NCBI RefSeq assembly: GCF_009914755.1
Contig: NC_060930.1
Length of the DNA: 64,000 nucleotides
Direction: 5' to 3' (one strand)
From: the human T2T-CHM13v2.0 reference genome, Homo sapiens
In this document: piece after piece, positions 39,826 through 53,785 of the stretch
Layout of the letters: the number at the start of each line of letters is the position of its first letter
Position numbering within the stretch: position 1 is the stretch's first letter
The notes under the pieces: generated by a model
What the model was told of the DNA's origin: nothing
Seen by the model: only the letters and a program-made list of their open reading frames with translations
Database searches by the model: none
Made by a program: the position numbers and the translations under genes

Positions 39826-40112
39826 AGCTTTTTTGGGGAGGGGCAGGGTCTTGCTGTGACCTAGGCTGGGGTACAGTGGCATGATCATAGCTCAATGCAG
39901 TCTCAAACTCCTGGGCTCAGGTGACACTCCCATGTAGCTGGGGCTACAGGCGTGTGCGACCACGCCTGGCTAATTTTTAAAAAAAATTTATTTTTGTAGA
40001 AAAGGGATCTCATTTTGTTGCCCAGGTTGGTCTCAAACACGACTTCAAGCAATACTCCCATTTTGGCCTCCTGAAGTGCTGGGACTACAGATTTGAGCCA
40101 CTGTGCCCAGCC
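39826..40112 (-). mobile_element. AluJ, diverged
   Basis: cagggtcttgctgtg...atcatagctcaatgcagtctcaaactcctgggctc. Confidence 0.9.
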
Positions 40113-40313
40113 TTAGATGCATTTTTAAAAGAATAAAATAGCTAGGTTGGCCTTATCTGAAGACTTGTTGAATGTGCCACTAAATCTCTTAACATCTAGT
40201 GTTCAGCAAGCCTTTTCATTCTTAGAACTCAATCAATAAAACTCAATCATAGAAAACTATTTCAAAGGACTCACTCTATGAAATAAAAAAAATCTTCCTA
40301 AAGAGTTTATGGG

Positions 40314-40654
<341 letters not shown>

Positions 40655-42180
40655 TCATGAGTTTCATGTTACTATTAAACATATCTTTGCTTGCTAATCA
40701 TTTTCAGAGAAACCTCTAAGCTATTTTCCAGCTTGCACTCTTTCTGAAGCCTACACATTTCAAGCAGCATGGCCCCGAGCAGTGTTGGTAAGAGGCAGAC
40801 TGGGATTTGGAGCCAGCTCTGTTAACTATAAAGGTCCTACTTTCACCTACTGTGTAATCCTCCTTCAAAGCAAGATTGAGGTGACGGAAATTGTGCTGGC
40901 CAAACATTAGGTTTCTGGGTTCTAGGTCCTGTCTCTGCCAATCATAGTTTGTGGGACTTCAGACAAGTCAGTTTATCTTATTGGACCTTAATGTGAAATA
41001 ATGTAACTCCAATCCATGGCCACTAAAGTTCCTTCCAGTCCTAGAATTTCTAATACAAGCACATGTGAGTAACATAGCAGGGCTTTCTCTGTGTACCCAC
41101 AGTGGAGTTTGGTGTGCTAAGGCTAGCTCTCAGAAGCCGATTTTGATGATAACCCAAGTTACTTGAGAGATGGTCAAGCCAACACTGGGACTGGAATTCA
41201 CAGATTTGATCATGGGGTTAGATGGAAACCATCAAAAACAACAAAAAGAGAAAAAATTACCCCAAGCACTGTGAGGGGCAGCAGTATTGGAAAATGAGCT
41301 CCAAGCAGGCAAGGAATTCACCTGAAAGCATGAATGAAAGACAGGTCTGGAATGCACCAAATGACTAGGATCAGGAGTGTCTGTAAGTGTCAGAATGTAG
41401 CAGAGAGTGGCATTGTACAGAGTTCTACCCCGAGACTTTCATACACAAACTTTCAAATGCCATGCTACATTTACCATCAAAAGACCATCAGTTAGGAAGC
41501 AGATGATCTAAGTTTGCCTGACTGAGTTGCCACATATTGCAGGAGAGTCACCTGGAGTACAAAGTGGAGCAGTTTGAAAACTTGGGGAGAGAAAGAGAGT
41601 AGTGAGGACTGTGGTGGAACTCAGTGTCAGAGGCCAGGGTAACCAGCACCATGGTAGCAGCAGAACATGAACTACCTGGGACTCACAGAAAAGAGTAGTG
41701 CTGAGACCTGGGGAGTTTTCTTTCTCCTAATGTCTTTTTCCTGAAATAAAAGAACACACAGAAATAGGGCTTGGATTGAGTTGCGGAAGCAACAGGTCAA
41801 TGAAATAAATTCTCCTTTCCCAACGCTTAACTACATGAGGACTTGAGTCAAACCCATCTAAGCTACTGATTGTTCCTCAGGATGGTTGATGTTATCTAGA
41901 AAGCTGCCCTTAACACACCCAAGCACTGAAATGTCTCCCTGCTTGAAGTTGTGCTTTCTTTAGTGTCATTTAGTAGCTGTGCTGTGCTTTCAGGCTAAAG
42001 CCACATTTTTTCAAGCTAGTATTGAATTAGCATGTGTAACTGGAAGTCAAGAGAATTCAGTCAATTTTTAAGTCAGGAGCATGTGGGAATGTGTGGCTTT
42101 GATAGTATGGCACTCAAAGTAATTGATAGTGAAGATATAAGGTCTTGGATTAAATAGAAGGGAAGAACACCCTAGGGGCC

Positions 42181-42661
42181 TGTGGTAGGCAGCACCATCC
42201 CCTCTCCCCCAAACATGCCCATATCCTAATTCCCAGAACCTGTTACTATATTACCTTGCTTGGTCAAAGGACCTTTGTTGGTGTAATTTAATTAAAGATT
42301 TTGAGATGTGAAGATTACCCTGGATTATCAATATGGACTCTATGTAATATAAGAGTTCTTACAAGGGAAAGAGGGAGGCAAGAGGGCCAGGGTCAGATGA
42401 GATGCAGTAATGGAAACAGAGGTCAGAGTGATGCAGCCACAAGCCAAGGAACGCAGGCAGCCCCTAGAAGCCAGAAAAGATGTGGAACAGAGTCTCCTCT
42501 AGAGCCTCTGGAAGGAACACAGCCCTGCTGACATCTTAATTTTAGCCCTATAAAACCCAGTTCAGATTTCTGACCTCCAGAACTATATAATAATTTTTTG
42601 TTGTTGTTTTAAACCACTATATTTGTGGTGATTTGTTACTGCAGCAATGGGAAACTAGCAC
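42181..42661 (+). mobile_element. MaLR LTR (MLT1C/D-like)
   Basis: tgtggtaggcag...cccagaacctg...gccacaagccaaggaacgc...ttgttactgcagcaatgggaaactagca. Confidence 0.85.
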
Positions 42662-43479
42662 AGCACCTTTGCTACAATTCATCTTTTAGCAAGGATGGTG
42701 TTCAGGTCTGTCCCATTTCCATCCCTGCCATGATGACATACATGGAATCCTTAATTCGGTCTATCACTATGACCCTCTCCTGGAAATCAGAAAATGAATA
42801 TCAGCCTCACAAATTATCACAAACCCGCAGAAAAATAAATATAGAGAAATACAATCAACAAACTGTATTTCAAAGCAGCATGCTTTGAGCGGAAGGACTA
42901 GAACATATAAAGCGTTGACAGCAGTTTTCTCTAGAAAGTGGGAGTTAGGAAAAAATTCTTTTCTTCTCTGTGCTTTTGGGCATTTCCTAAATTATGTACA
43001 TATGCAATGAGTTATAATGTTTATAAACCAAAGAACTTATTTTAAAAAGAAAATAAAAAAACCATATCATCTGTATTGTCTTAAATATATTAAATTATTC
43101 AACTCTGTCAACCTTAACCATGTCCAGCAAGACTCAACCCAGCTAAGTCCTTTAAATTTTGCTCCTGGAAAAGAGGAAGAGTGGTGTTCCAGAAATCACA
43201 TAGACACTTCAAGAGAGCACAGATGGTTTAAGTCTCAGCTCTTTTCCTTGCTGACTGTATGAATTTCGAACAACCATGTTAACCTACCTGAACTTAGCCC
43301 CTTTGCAGATTTTTTGAATAAGCACTCAAGTTTAGTAAAGGCGGTTTTAAGTAGCTATTAGTTTGTATACCGCTCTTTTGGTTTAACTTCAAAGTATATT
43401 TTTCTACCTTTTATACCCATTGGGAAGCGACCTATCTTTAAAACCCAGTCCAAATTCCACTTCTTTTTAAATTAAGTCT

Positions 43480-43715
43480 TTGTGATTGTGACAATTTATG
43501 GAACACTTACTGTGTGCCAAGTACTTCAACAATTGGTTTATTCACATGATTATCTCACCTCATTTTCACAACACAATGAAGTAGGTGTTACTGTCTTCAT
43601 TTTTCAGATGAGAAACCTGAGGCTAAGGAGAGGCAACTCACCCAAGACACAGGAAATGGAAAGGGTTAAATCTGAAATTGTCCAGGCCTGTCTGACTCCT
43701 TAGCTCTTGCTCTTG
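43480..43715 (-). mobile_element. MIR
   Basis: Core cattttcagatgagaaacctgaggctaagg. Confidence 0.75.
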
Positions 43716-45611
43716 AATACTGGCCCCTCTAGAAATAAGCCACAACTCCCTCCTGTGATCACTGTAGCTCTTTGTTCTACCTTTGTTGAGAACTGATTTT
43801 ACACTGCTTTGTTTGTTCTTACTTATAGTTATTTCTATTCCTTTGGACTGAAAGCTTTTTGGGTGCAGTGTTGACATTTCTGGAATTTTGGATTCAATAG
43901 ATTATAGCATCACATTCTGCACATAGCAGGTTTTCAATAAACATAGAGAGGCTGACAAAAATCACATTTGAAGTATTTGAAGTAATATTGCGCTTCTTCA
44001 AACCTAAGGCCTGGGAGAAGTAATTCAAGGCCATGCACTCTGGACCTCCAAACACATATGCAAGGCTTTCAGAGCCCCTGGGCTTTCTGTTCAGGACCCA
44101 GGTCCACAGTGGATGTCCAAGCCCTCTCGAGCAGGGAAGAATTGAATAGGCATGCAGGAAAATTGCCTGCCCTGTGAATTCAAACTATTCCAGGATCACT
44201 GGTATTGCCCCTCACAATACACTTAGGTGAGGTCAAGGTGTGGAAATTGAGAAAGGTCACTCTTCACACTGGCAGGTACTTTCAATGTTAGCAGGACAGA
44301 AACAGAATAGGCAGAGGCAGCATGGGACAGACACAGGGATTTTGCCTATAATTAGTCAACTTTCCAGCCCAACAAACAGACTTTCAGTGGTTTATGACAA
44401 TAAACATTTATTTTTGCTTACATTCCATCAGGGCTGCAGGATGGCTACAGCTCTGCTCCAGCTGCGGGTTAATTGTGGGTCTGCTCTTCTCATCTTCTTA
44501 CTCTAGGACCCAGGCTAAAGGAGCAGCTCTGACTGAGACAATCTGTTCTCAGGGCAGAATGAAGAAGTGCAAAAGCTGGACTGAACCATGCAATTACATT
44601 TAAAGCTTCTGTTTGAATATAACAAGTGCCACATCAGTCTGTGTTGATTGATTGAGGCAAGTCACATAACCAAGCCCAAAATCAGTGGGTCTGAGACATT
44701 TGCTCCTTCCAAGAAAGTAAACAGTGAGGGAAACTACAGTGGGAAAAGAGCATAGAATAGAGGTGGAAAGTGTAGAAAACAAACCTCTTAGTGGCAACAT
44801 ACGATAGGTGCCCAGGGCCAGCTCTGAGGATGGTGAATCCCTTCTCTTTGGTGGTCAGAGGTTTCCTCTACATTTCCAACTTCACAGCCATCAGAGTTCC
44901 AGAGACAAGATATGCAACCTGTAAAGCTCTGCATAGGAGAAGGGGCCTCATTCTCTCTCTCACTTTGTAGGCTGCTGTTAATGTGACCTCTTGATTCTCG
45001 ATGCTCTCTACCGAACTAACTTTATAAAACAGAGTGAATCAGAAGCGATACAGAGGGGAACTTGCTAGGGAAATTGCCTTCCTCAGAACCTTTGTCCATC
45101 TATATGGCATATAGGTCATATATTTCTATGCATACACACAACATATACTCATACACATACACAGCTATTTCTACTCATACACACATACACTCAAGTGTAT
45201 TACATACTTACACACGCTGCCAGCTGGGATGAGTTATAATGTGGTTTGACTAAGTTGTAGGAAAACAATATAATTAAGTTGAGAGGTCTTTGTAGAAAAA
45301 TATAATGATCAGGTTTATATAAAACAAGAAAGACCTATCATGAAATTTACAACCATGCTGATACATTTAATGAAGCAGGAATTTTTTTTTAAATACCAAA
45401 AAATTCTAAGCAAGCACAAAAGCACCAAGAAATGATTGTGCTTGTCAAGTAATCTTCCAGTGGAATGCTCTTGATAAAGATGATTTTTTATGAGGCTTCA
45501 GCCTTTCAGCAGTTAATGGTGAAGTGTGACTGTCACTGCCTTCTGTTCACATAGGATCACAAAGCTTTCATGCTCAGAAGAATGCCCCAGTGTTCACATT
45601 TAAAGGAAATT

Positions 45612-46100
45612 CTTAAATCGGGAGGTCCCTAAACTTACATAGGAAAAAATTTTATCTTTATATTTACTAACCTCCATCTGAAATTTTATCACTTCCTTCC
45701 ATTTTAAATATAGGTAAAACCACAGTGGTATTAGCACTACCTCTCATGTTTGTCACCAATAGAAATTAATAGTTTCATATCTCAATATAGTTGTTGCAGA
45801 TATTATAAAATTTCATTTATGCTCATCACGACTCTGAAATTACAGTAGTTTTATTGTACCTGTCAGCAGATCTTGTTATCTGATGCTTTCAAAAAGAAGC
45901 ACATGTATGATTATATTACAAATTTGACTATTTCTAAGATAGTTATATAATTATATTTTAACAATTGTTTTTCTTTATAATTCCATGTTTTTTTAAAAAA
46001 ACTTTATTCCCTCAAAAGTTTTCATCATGAGTAGGGGTCTGTGGTCTTTACTAGAGTGTCAAAAACGTCCATGGCACAAAAAATCGATAACACTTGCCTT
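45612..46100. mobile_element. hAT-Charlie (Charlie4-like) fragment
   Basis: ttactaacctccatctgaaattt...gtccatggcacaaaaaatcgataacac. Confidence 0.5.
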
Positions 46101-47311
46101 ACATGTGGTTAACTCTCACTCAACTAGGGAGAGCGAGTAAGGGTTATTATCACCACAGACATTCTACTAAGATCTCAAGAGAATGTCATTGAGTATATGC
46201 TTTCATTTGTCCAAGGGCCTAACCCAATTTTCTGGGGGCAACAGATTTGCTTCTTACATTCTGTTCTCCTAACGAAGAGGATGAAAGAGCTGGGCTTCAA
46301 ATCCTGGGGTCGGGTGCCTCCCCTCTCCAACCATCAGCTCATGCTTCCGTTTGTGGTGTCCACTGAAGGTGCGATTCTTTTTCTCATTCTCCCCTGGTTC
46401 TTTGGTGATGCAAACATTGTATCATGACACACATGTCCTTGTGTTTCTGTGATTCACTGGAAACTGGAGTCTCCTATCTGGTTTTCAGTGTTAGTCCTAT
46501 TCACAGATTTATTAGCTGTCCAGATTTCCCTAATATTTCAGAGAAATAGTAGATAGGTTAACAGCTTTCAAGTAAGAAGATAGATTAAGAATTTTCAAGT
46601 AAGGATGCCAAGGTAAATTACCAGATCTTTGCGTGCCTCATCTGTGTGCCCTGTAAGGGTAATAATATCCACCTCACAGGTTTATAGGCATTAAGTGAGA
46701 TGCAGAACATCATAGGTTCTCAGTAACTGTTAGCTCCTTCCCTTCTCTTCATTGAGGGCCTATCTGGCTAAGGCAGCCTTCTCCACCTAACAGGAAACAA
46801 TAATATGTGCAAGAAGCAGAATCATTTCTTGCTTCTGTTGAAGTGACTAGTTCAGAGCTCCACCTTGTGAAGCAGCCGGATCTTTTACTTCCAAGATGGA
46901 GACTGCTATGCTCAGTTGATTGGGAATGGGGTGGCTTATTTCTAGAAAGGCAAGAGAAAAATATGCTTTTTAAAGTAATGACTCACTTATAGGTTGCAAA
47001 TTATATTTATTGTTATACAAAAGGCATAGTATTTCTAGCTTCTTAATAACTCAAAACTATATATACTAGGATAAGTTTTAGTTTATAATTCATCTGTAAT
47101 TTAATTATTTAATAATGCCTAAGAGTTAACAAAAAATAAACTATAATTAATTCCAAAGAAAAATGAAGCACTAAAGAATACGTGGAAAAATATTTTTACA
47201 ACAATTATTTTTAAATAAGGAGGAAAGTTTGGGGTTAATAGCACTTCTCTCTCTCTCCATATATCTATATATAAATAAACAGAATAAACCCATTTTAGCT
47301 AACTTCATTGA

Positions 47312-47668
<357 letters not shown>

Positions 47669-48787
47669 TAGTGATTATTATTGACATGTGAATGATTGTT
47701 TTAAGTATTTGTTTAACGTCTACTTATCTGACTATTGGCATATGAATTGCTCTTGAAACACATTCCCTCCTTCATTGTCTAAGTTTACCTATTGAGATTG
47801 ATACACCTGTATCTGCATCTATAGCTACAGCTATCTGTGCACCTGTAGTGGAGAGGCTTTGAGGCTTTGAACTAATTTATAAAGAAGTTTTTCAAGTAAG
47901 CAATTATTAATTTGAAAAAATCTCAGTAATAAATATAAAGGAATGGTGATTAGAGGCTTTAGGAAAATATTCAGGAGAAGACAGGCAGGCTGTACATAAA
48001 GGTGCTAGTGCCCTTACTAGTAATTGCTGCTGAGAAACATTTGGTTCAATTCCGAGCAAGCACGTGGCATGGGGACTTGTTTTTATAAAAAGCAAAAACA
48101 AAAACAAAAACATGTACTGGTGTTCCTGGAAAGATAGCCGGTCTAACTTGTGTGAGAAAAATTTAAAGAAAGAAATAATAAAACGGAAAGATGTGGATAA
48201 TTATCACTTAACAAAATATTCCAACTATGTTCAGGTTTAAATTATTCAAAAAGATAAGAAAAAACATTCCTTCAAGAATATGATGCTTTTACTCAGTGAT
48301 TATCACAATGGACAAACCTGGATGACAAATCTGCTTAGTGCTTGGGTTTTTAGGAGACGAGGTTTCTAAAATGAACATTTTGAGGAAGAGACATTCTAAA
48401 CAATTGATTATGATTATGAAATATGAAGCGAAATTATGATTCAAACTAGGTTTCCTGAAGTTAGATTATGCCATATTTCACTTAAGAACACAGTAGAAAG
48501 GAAATATTACAAACACCTTATTTTAGATGAGGAAACTCCCATCTGTGGTGGGAGGAGGGAGGATTCAAAGATTGCTGAAATCTCTCTTGGCTGCTCTGTG
48601 TGGCAGAACCAGTGTGAGAACTCAGAAAGCCAGACCTCAGGGCTCTGTTCCTTCCGTTGTTGCATCCTAGTTGTTTCAAGGAAGCAATGAATGAGGAACC
48701 AAATATGTGCACAGTGTTCTGGCTTATCCAGTGGATATTAAGATGATTTCTTGCTCTCCTTTTCCTCCAATGTACTATAAAAAATAA

Positions 48788-49455
48788 CACTTTTACACTG
48801 TTGGTGGGACTGTAAACTAGTTCAACCATTGTGGAAGTCAGTGTGGCGATTCCTCAGGGATCTAGAACTAGAAATACCATTTGACTCAGCCATCCCATTA
48901 CTGGGTATATACCCAAAGGAATATAAATCATGCTGCTACAAAGACACATGCACACGTATGTTTATTGCAGCACTATTCACAAGAGCAAAGACTTGGAACC
49001 AACCCAAATGTCCAACAATGACAGACTGGATTAAGAAAATGTGGCACATATACACCATGGAATACTATGCAGCCATAAAAAAGGATGAGATCATGTCCTT
49101 TGTAGGGACATGGATGAAGCTGGAAACCATCATTCTCAGCAAACTATCGCAAGGACAAAAAACGAAACACCGCATGTTCTTACTCATAGGTGGGAATTGA
49201 ACAATGAGAACACTTGGACACAGGAAGGGGAACATCACACACCGCGGCCTGTTGTGGGGTGGGGGGAGGGGGGAGGGATAGCATTAGGAGATATACCTAA
49301 TGTAAATGACGTTAATGGGTGCAGTGCACCAACATGGCACATGCATACGTATGTAACAAACCTGCACGTTGTGCACATGTACCCTAGAACTTAAAGTATA
49401 ATAAATATATATATACGTATATATATATATACGTGTATATACATACATATATATA
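48788..49455 (+). mobile_element. Young L1PA 3' end (ORF2 C-terminus, 3'UTR G-tract, (TA)n tail), antisense and just 3' of TAAR5
   Basis: ORF 48829-49200 is L1 ORF2 C-terminus (WKSVWRFLRDLELEIPFD...CTRMFIAALF...); L1 3'UTR follows. Confidence 0.95.
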
Positions 49456-49636
49456 AAACATTGAATGTGGGGAGTGCTTTATCCCTTTCCAAGTTAAGGA
49501 GCTTGTCTTTCTCTTCTACTTAACCCATGCTGTCCTGGAAGCATGCCCACAAACTCAACACCACACAGCCCACGGTCACAGTGCCACTTATCTTTCCTGT
49601 GAGGTCCTACTCCTTGCCTGCATTTAGTAGAAGGAA

Positions 49637-50650
49637 TCATTCTTGGTACAAATCAACAGTGCGTGTCTGCGGTGAGAAGACCTTCTGGCTCAGTGTGAGT
49701 TTCAGTGCCTTCCGAAACCACTGGTAGGAAAAGACATAGATGATGGGGTTGCAGGCTGAGTTGAAGTAAGCAAACCAGATAAAGATGTCAAAGACCAGTG
49801 GGGGTGTGATAAAGTGAAGGAGGCTGTCGACCATCGTGTCTATGGTGAAGGGCAGCCAGCACAAGAGGTATATGCCCACAGCAATGCCCAGGGTCTTGGC
49901 AGCTTTTCTCTCATGCTTGGCAGCCCCAGCCAGGCTTTTGCTCAATGTGGTAATCTGCTGAGCCTGTCTGGTAGCAACCACAAAGATCTTCACATACAAG
50001 CTGATCATAATGAGGCAGGGGACAAAGAACAAAGGGAAGTTTAACCAGCCCCAAAATTTATTGAGCAGCAGCTGGCAACTGCCCACACAAGGCATCTCTT
50101 CCAGCCACTGGCTGAGCCTTGTCTCTACCACATCTGTGTAGAGGAATAACGAAGTGTATGCTGCGGGCACCCCCCATCCTGCCAGGATGTACCTGAGAGC
50201 CACCCTCACTGTGAACTTGGAGGGATAGAGCAGGGGGTCACAGATGGCACAGTGGCGGTCAATGGAAATGAAACAGAGATGGAAGATGGAGGTGAGGCAG
50301 AAGAGGGTGTCCAGGTAGGTGTGCAGGCGGCAGAGGAAGTCCCCGAAGAACCAGCAGCTCTCCACTGAGCGAATGGTGCTGAGGGGCAGCACCAGCAGAC
50401 CCAGAAACATGTCAGCCAGGGCCAGGGAGAGCAGCAGGAAGTTGGTGGGCGTGTGAAGCGCTTTGAAGTAGGACACAGCAAATGCCACAAATACATTCCC
50501 TAGCACGATAATCAGCATGCCTGCTGCACAGGCCAGGTAGATGACCAACTGGATGCCCAGAGTATGTACTGTCCTGGGGCAAGACCCATTCACCTGGTAG
50601 CAGAATGCCGCAGGGTGCTCTTCAGCACCTTGGATGAAGACAGCTCTCAT
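49637..50650 (-). CDS. TAAR5: Trace amine-associated receptor 5 (trimethylamine receptor), 337 aa
   Basis: MRAVFIQGAEEHPAAFCYQVNGSC...; DRH, CWLPF, NSACNPIIYVFSYQWF; matches human TAAR5; Ser at residue 95. Confidence 0.98.
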   Translation of the reverse strand: MRAVFIQGAEEHPAAFCYQVNGSCPRTVHTLGIQLVIYLACAAGMLIIVLGNVFVAFAVSYFKALHTPTNFLLLSLALADMFLGLLVLPLSTIRSVESCWFFGDFLCRLHTYLDTLFCLTSIFHLCFISIDRHCAICDPLLYPSKFTVRVALRYILAGWGVPAAYTSLFLYTDVVETRLSQWLEEMPCVGSCQLLLNKFWGWLNFPLFFVPCLIMISLYVKIFVVATRQAQQITTLSKSLAGAAKHERKAAKTLGIAVGIYLLCWLPFTIDTMVDSLLHFITPPLVFDIFIWFAYFNSACNPIIYVFSYQWFRKALKLTLSQKVFSPQTRTVDLYQE

Positions 50651-50697
50651 TTATGATTTCTACTCTTCCTCTGTCTGAGAACTGGCCACCTTCTCCA

Positions 50698-50704
50698 CTG
50701 GAGG

Positions 50705-50744
<40 letters not shown>
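50698..50744 (-). promoter_or_regulatory. Predicted 3' splice site upstream of TAAR5 with T38 polypyrimidine tract
   Basis: Minus strand: T38 (50744-50707) GCCCTC CAG|TGG, exon from 50697, 47 nt before ATG. Confidence 0.65.
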
Positions 50745-50747
<3 letters not shown>

Positions 50748-53454
50748 GTCTGCTAAATAATCACAGAGTGAAACGAAGAGGAAGAAACTAAAGTACAGTT
50801 TGGAACATAGTACAGTGCCCCTGGGTACTGAATCAAATGTGCCCTGAAAATCAAATGCAGCATAGTATTCAAGGTTTCATGAGAGTTACTTCTGCTAGCT
50901 CTAGTTTATATGACTAGGCACTTTAAAACTAGTGTAGGTAGTATTCTTAAAGAAAGAAAAGAAGGATGTAAGCTGAATGTTTCCTCAAAGAAAGCTTGAT
51001 TATATCCATAGGTAGTATTAAATAATAGAGAATGTCTCTTACGTTTTGATAAGGTATTTTTTGTCAAATGTAAAGTGAAATTTAAAGCAAAGATCTGAAC
51101 CAAGTGACCAATTAATTCTTGTTAATAAATTATTCCTTGGAAAAAGTGTAACTTCTAGCTTCTCTCTTTAAGAATTACATACATTGACAATAAAGTTAGC
51201 AGATTAAGATTTTTAGCTACATGCCAACTCTTCCCAAGAGAAGAATTCAGCATGCAAATATTAATAATTAAAAGAGTAGAAAATTGCTCTATTTTAGCTT
51301 TAAATGCTGCACATTTTATGATGATAACACAAAGTGTTTACACATCTTGGTATAACTATTTGATAGGCAAAATGATTTTATCTATTTAACATCTTAATGT
51401 AAGTCTGTGAATTATTAACCAAGTCCTAATATATTGAATTCAGAGTTTCTAAGTTACTTACACAGGTAGGAATCAGAATCCCTTCCTGGGAAAAAATGTT
51501 TCTTGGAGCAGGTGGACACAGGGAATGTCAGAGTACTCTTCTGTTGGCCACAATGACAGGTGTGCAATTAGTTAACGATTTTATACTCTCAATAGAAACT
51601 ACTCCTCCATGTGCTATGATACAAATAAGCTGTGAAGAGGCACCATGGGACCTAGTTTGCACTATTTGCAAGTCTCAGTTGTTTAAGGTTCCTCCTCAAT
51701 ACAGAATCACTTACCCTGACAATTAATTAGAGATAAAATTTAAAGACGGTGGATGTATATATTCTTTTTTAATTTTTCAGTTCTGGGATGTTTTGAAGGT
51801 ATTCTTGCCTGCTAATGGCTGCTATATATTTTCTAATTTCATTTTTAGTGAGTTTCTTATTTTTCTTCTGCTTTAGTATTATTTGTGTATATTTCTCTCA
51901 ACATGAGAAATAGTTGAGAATAATTGATCATGGGTTTTTTGGTTCATGAAGGGGTGGTTTGTGACTTCCACACAGGATTCATCATTATGTGTTTTTTGAG
52001 CACTATATTTTGTGATGGTGAAAGAAAGCATGGTAGATGAAGCAGTTCACCTGGAGGAAGAATAGTTAAATTCCTGTTTCATCCTTTCTTATGCCATACC
52101 TAACCTCTCTCTCTGCTTCCCCATTGGTAAGAGTAGGTACAATTATACCTGTGTAACTTGATTTCACAGGGATATTATCAAGGTAAATAACATGTTGAAT
52201 CGTATTCTGCTCTCTGCCTCTTGATATCTTAGAAGCTGGTATGCCTCTTTATGGTTACAGAGAAACCATTTCACAGTATCAGTCAAACTAAAGTTGTAAA
52301 AATGACAGAATTCTAGAGGTGACACCAAATTACATCTGCCAGAGGGGCCTGGAAGAGGAGGTGGGGCAGGTCAAAAAGAAGGAAGGAGGTTGGTATGCAC
52401 CTCTCCTTTCTCTACAAATCCATGGCTAAACCCAGTGTTTCCCAAGGCAAAGCTCCCTATAGCCTGGCTACCGCTGGAATCTTGCCTTATGCCAGCTTCA
52501 TATGTGTGGAAATACATATCTGGCTCCAGAACTTAATCAGACACAAGGAAGGATATTGCATTACTAGGTACCTTGAAACCCCTTTAGCTTAAAAGTCATA
52601 ATCCACATATAATTGGCCAAGGAGTCCTATGGCTTTATATTTAATTTGACCAAGAACTTGTGAAAAATACAAACAAATGTCCTGTAGCTGGAATAAGGCT
52701 GAAGAAGAAACAGGGAAAGGTTTTCTGTTCTGGGATAGATTACATCAGACCTACTAAAATGTAATATGTAACACAATTGTATGATCTCTATGTCTCAGAT
52801 TACTTAACACCACTGTGTCCAGTTTTCTCATCTATTAATTGAATATAATACATGATCTGTGTCACAATCTTGTGAATATTAATGAGTTAAAATTCATAAA
52901 GTGCAGTCTCTGGCATGTAGAAAGTTGAGTTGGGCAGACAAGAGTTCGAGTGGATATCTAGTGCAGATAACTGTTAACCTTCCCAAGTTAGGGCTCTTAT
53001 CCCTTCTTCCACTGACTTTTAGAAATACATTCCATTACATAACAATCACAGGCAAAAGTAATTGGATTCTGGATCTACTAAGGTTTCCTGCTTACCTTAG
53101 GGATTCATTAATGTTGCAGCAAGCTGCTAAAGGTCTTGAATAAAAGAACATTTTTATTTCTTTTAAATCTCCCCGCTGCATCATGTGTAGCCTCCTCTGC
53201 ACTTTACTTACTAGAAACCAAATTTGTTTTCAAATTACCGCCAACTTTAACAAAATCGATTATAATGAGGCTGTGCTAATTATGATAACCTGAAATTATG
53301 AAGCCAGATGGAAGTGTTCTTAGTACAAGCTCAAACTGGCAGACTTCACTCAGGTTCAGAGATTCTCTTTCTATAGCCTGTTGTCTATGGACGGTCTTTG
53401 CCTGCCTTTGAGAGCACATAGGACAGAATAATTCTTGATTCCTCAAAATCTGTC

Positions 53455-53785
53455 TGATATGATTTGGGTCTGTGTCCCCGTGTAAATCTCATGTCAAATT
53501 GTAATCCTCAGTGTTGGAGGTGGGGCCTGGTGGGAGGTGCTTGGATCATGGGGGTAGATTTCCCCTTTGGTGCTGTTCTTTTGATAGTGAATGAGTTATC
53601 ATGAGATCTAGTTGTTTACAAGTGTGTAGCACCTCCCTTCTGCCTCTTCCTCCTGCTTCAGCCATGTAAGATGTGCCTGCTTTCCCTTTGCCTTCTGCCA
53701 TAATTGTAAATTCCCTGAGGCCTCCCCAGCCATTCTTCCTGTACAGCCTGCAGAACCATAAGCCAGTTAACTTCTTATTTATAAG
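53455..53785 (+). mobile_element. MaLR LTR (MSTA-like), 3' end missing
   Basis: tgatatgatttggg...aaatctcatgtcaaattgtaatcc...tgaggcctccccagcc...cagcctgcagaacc. Confidence 0.88.
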
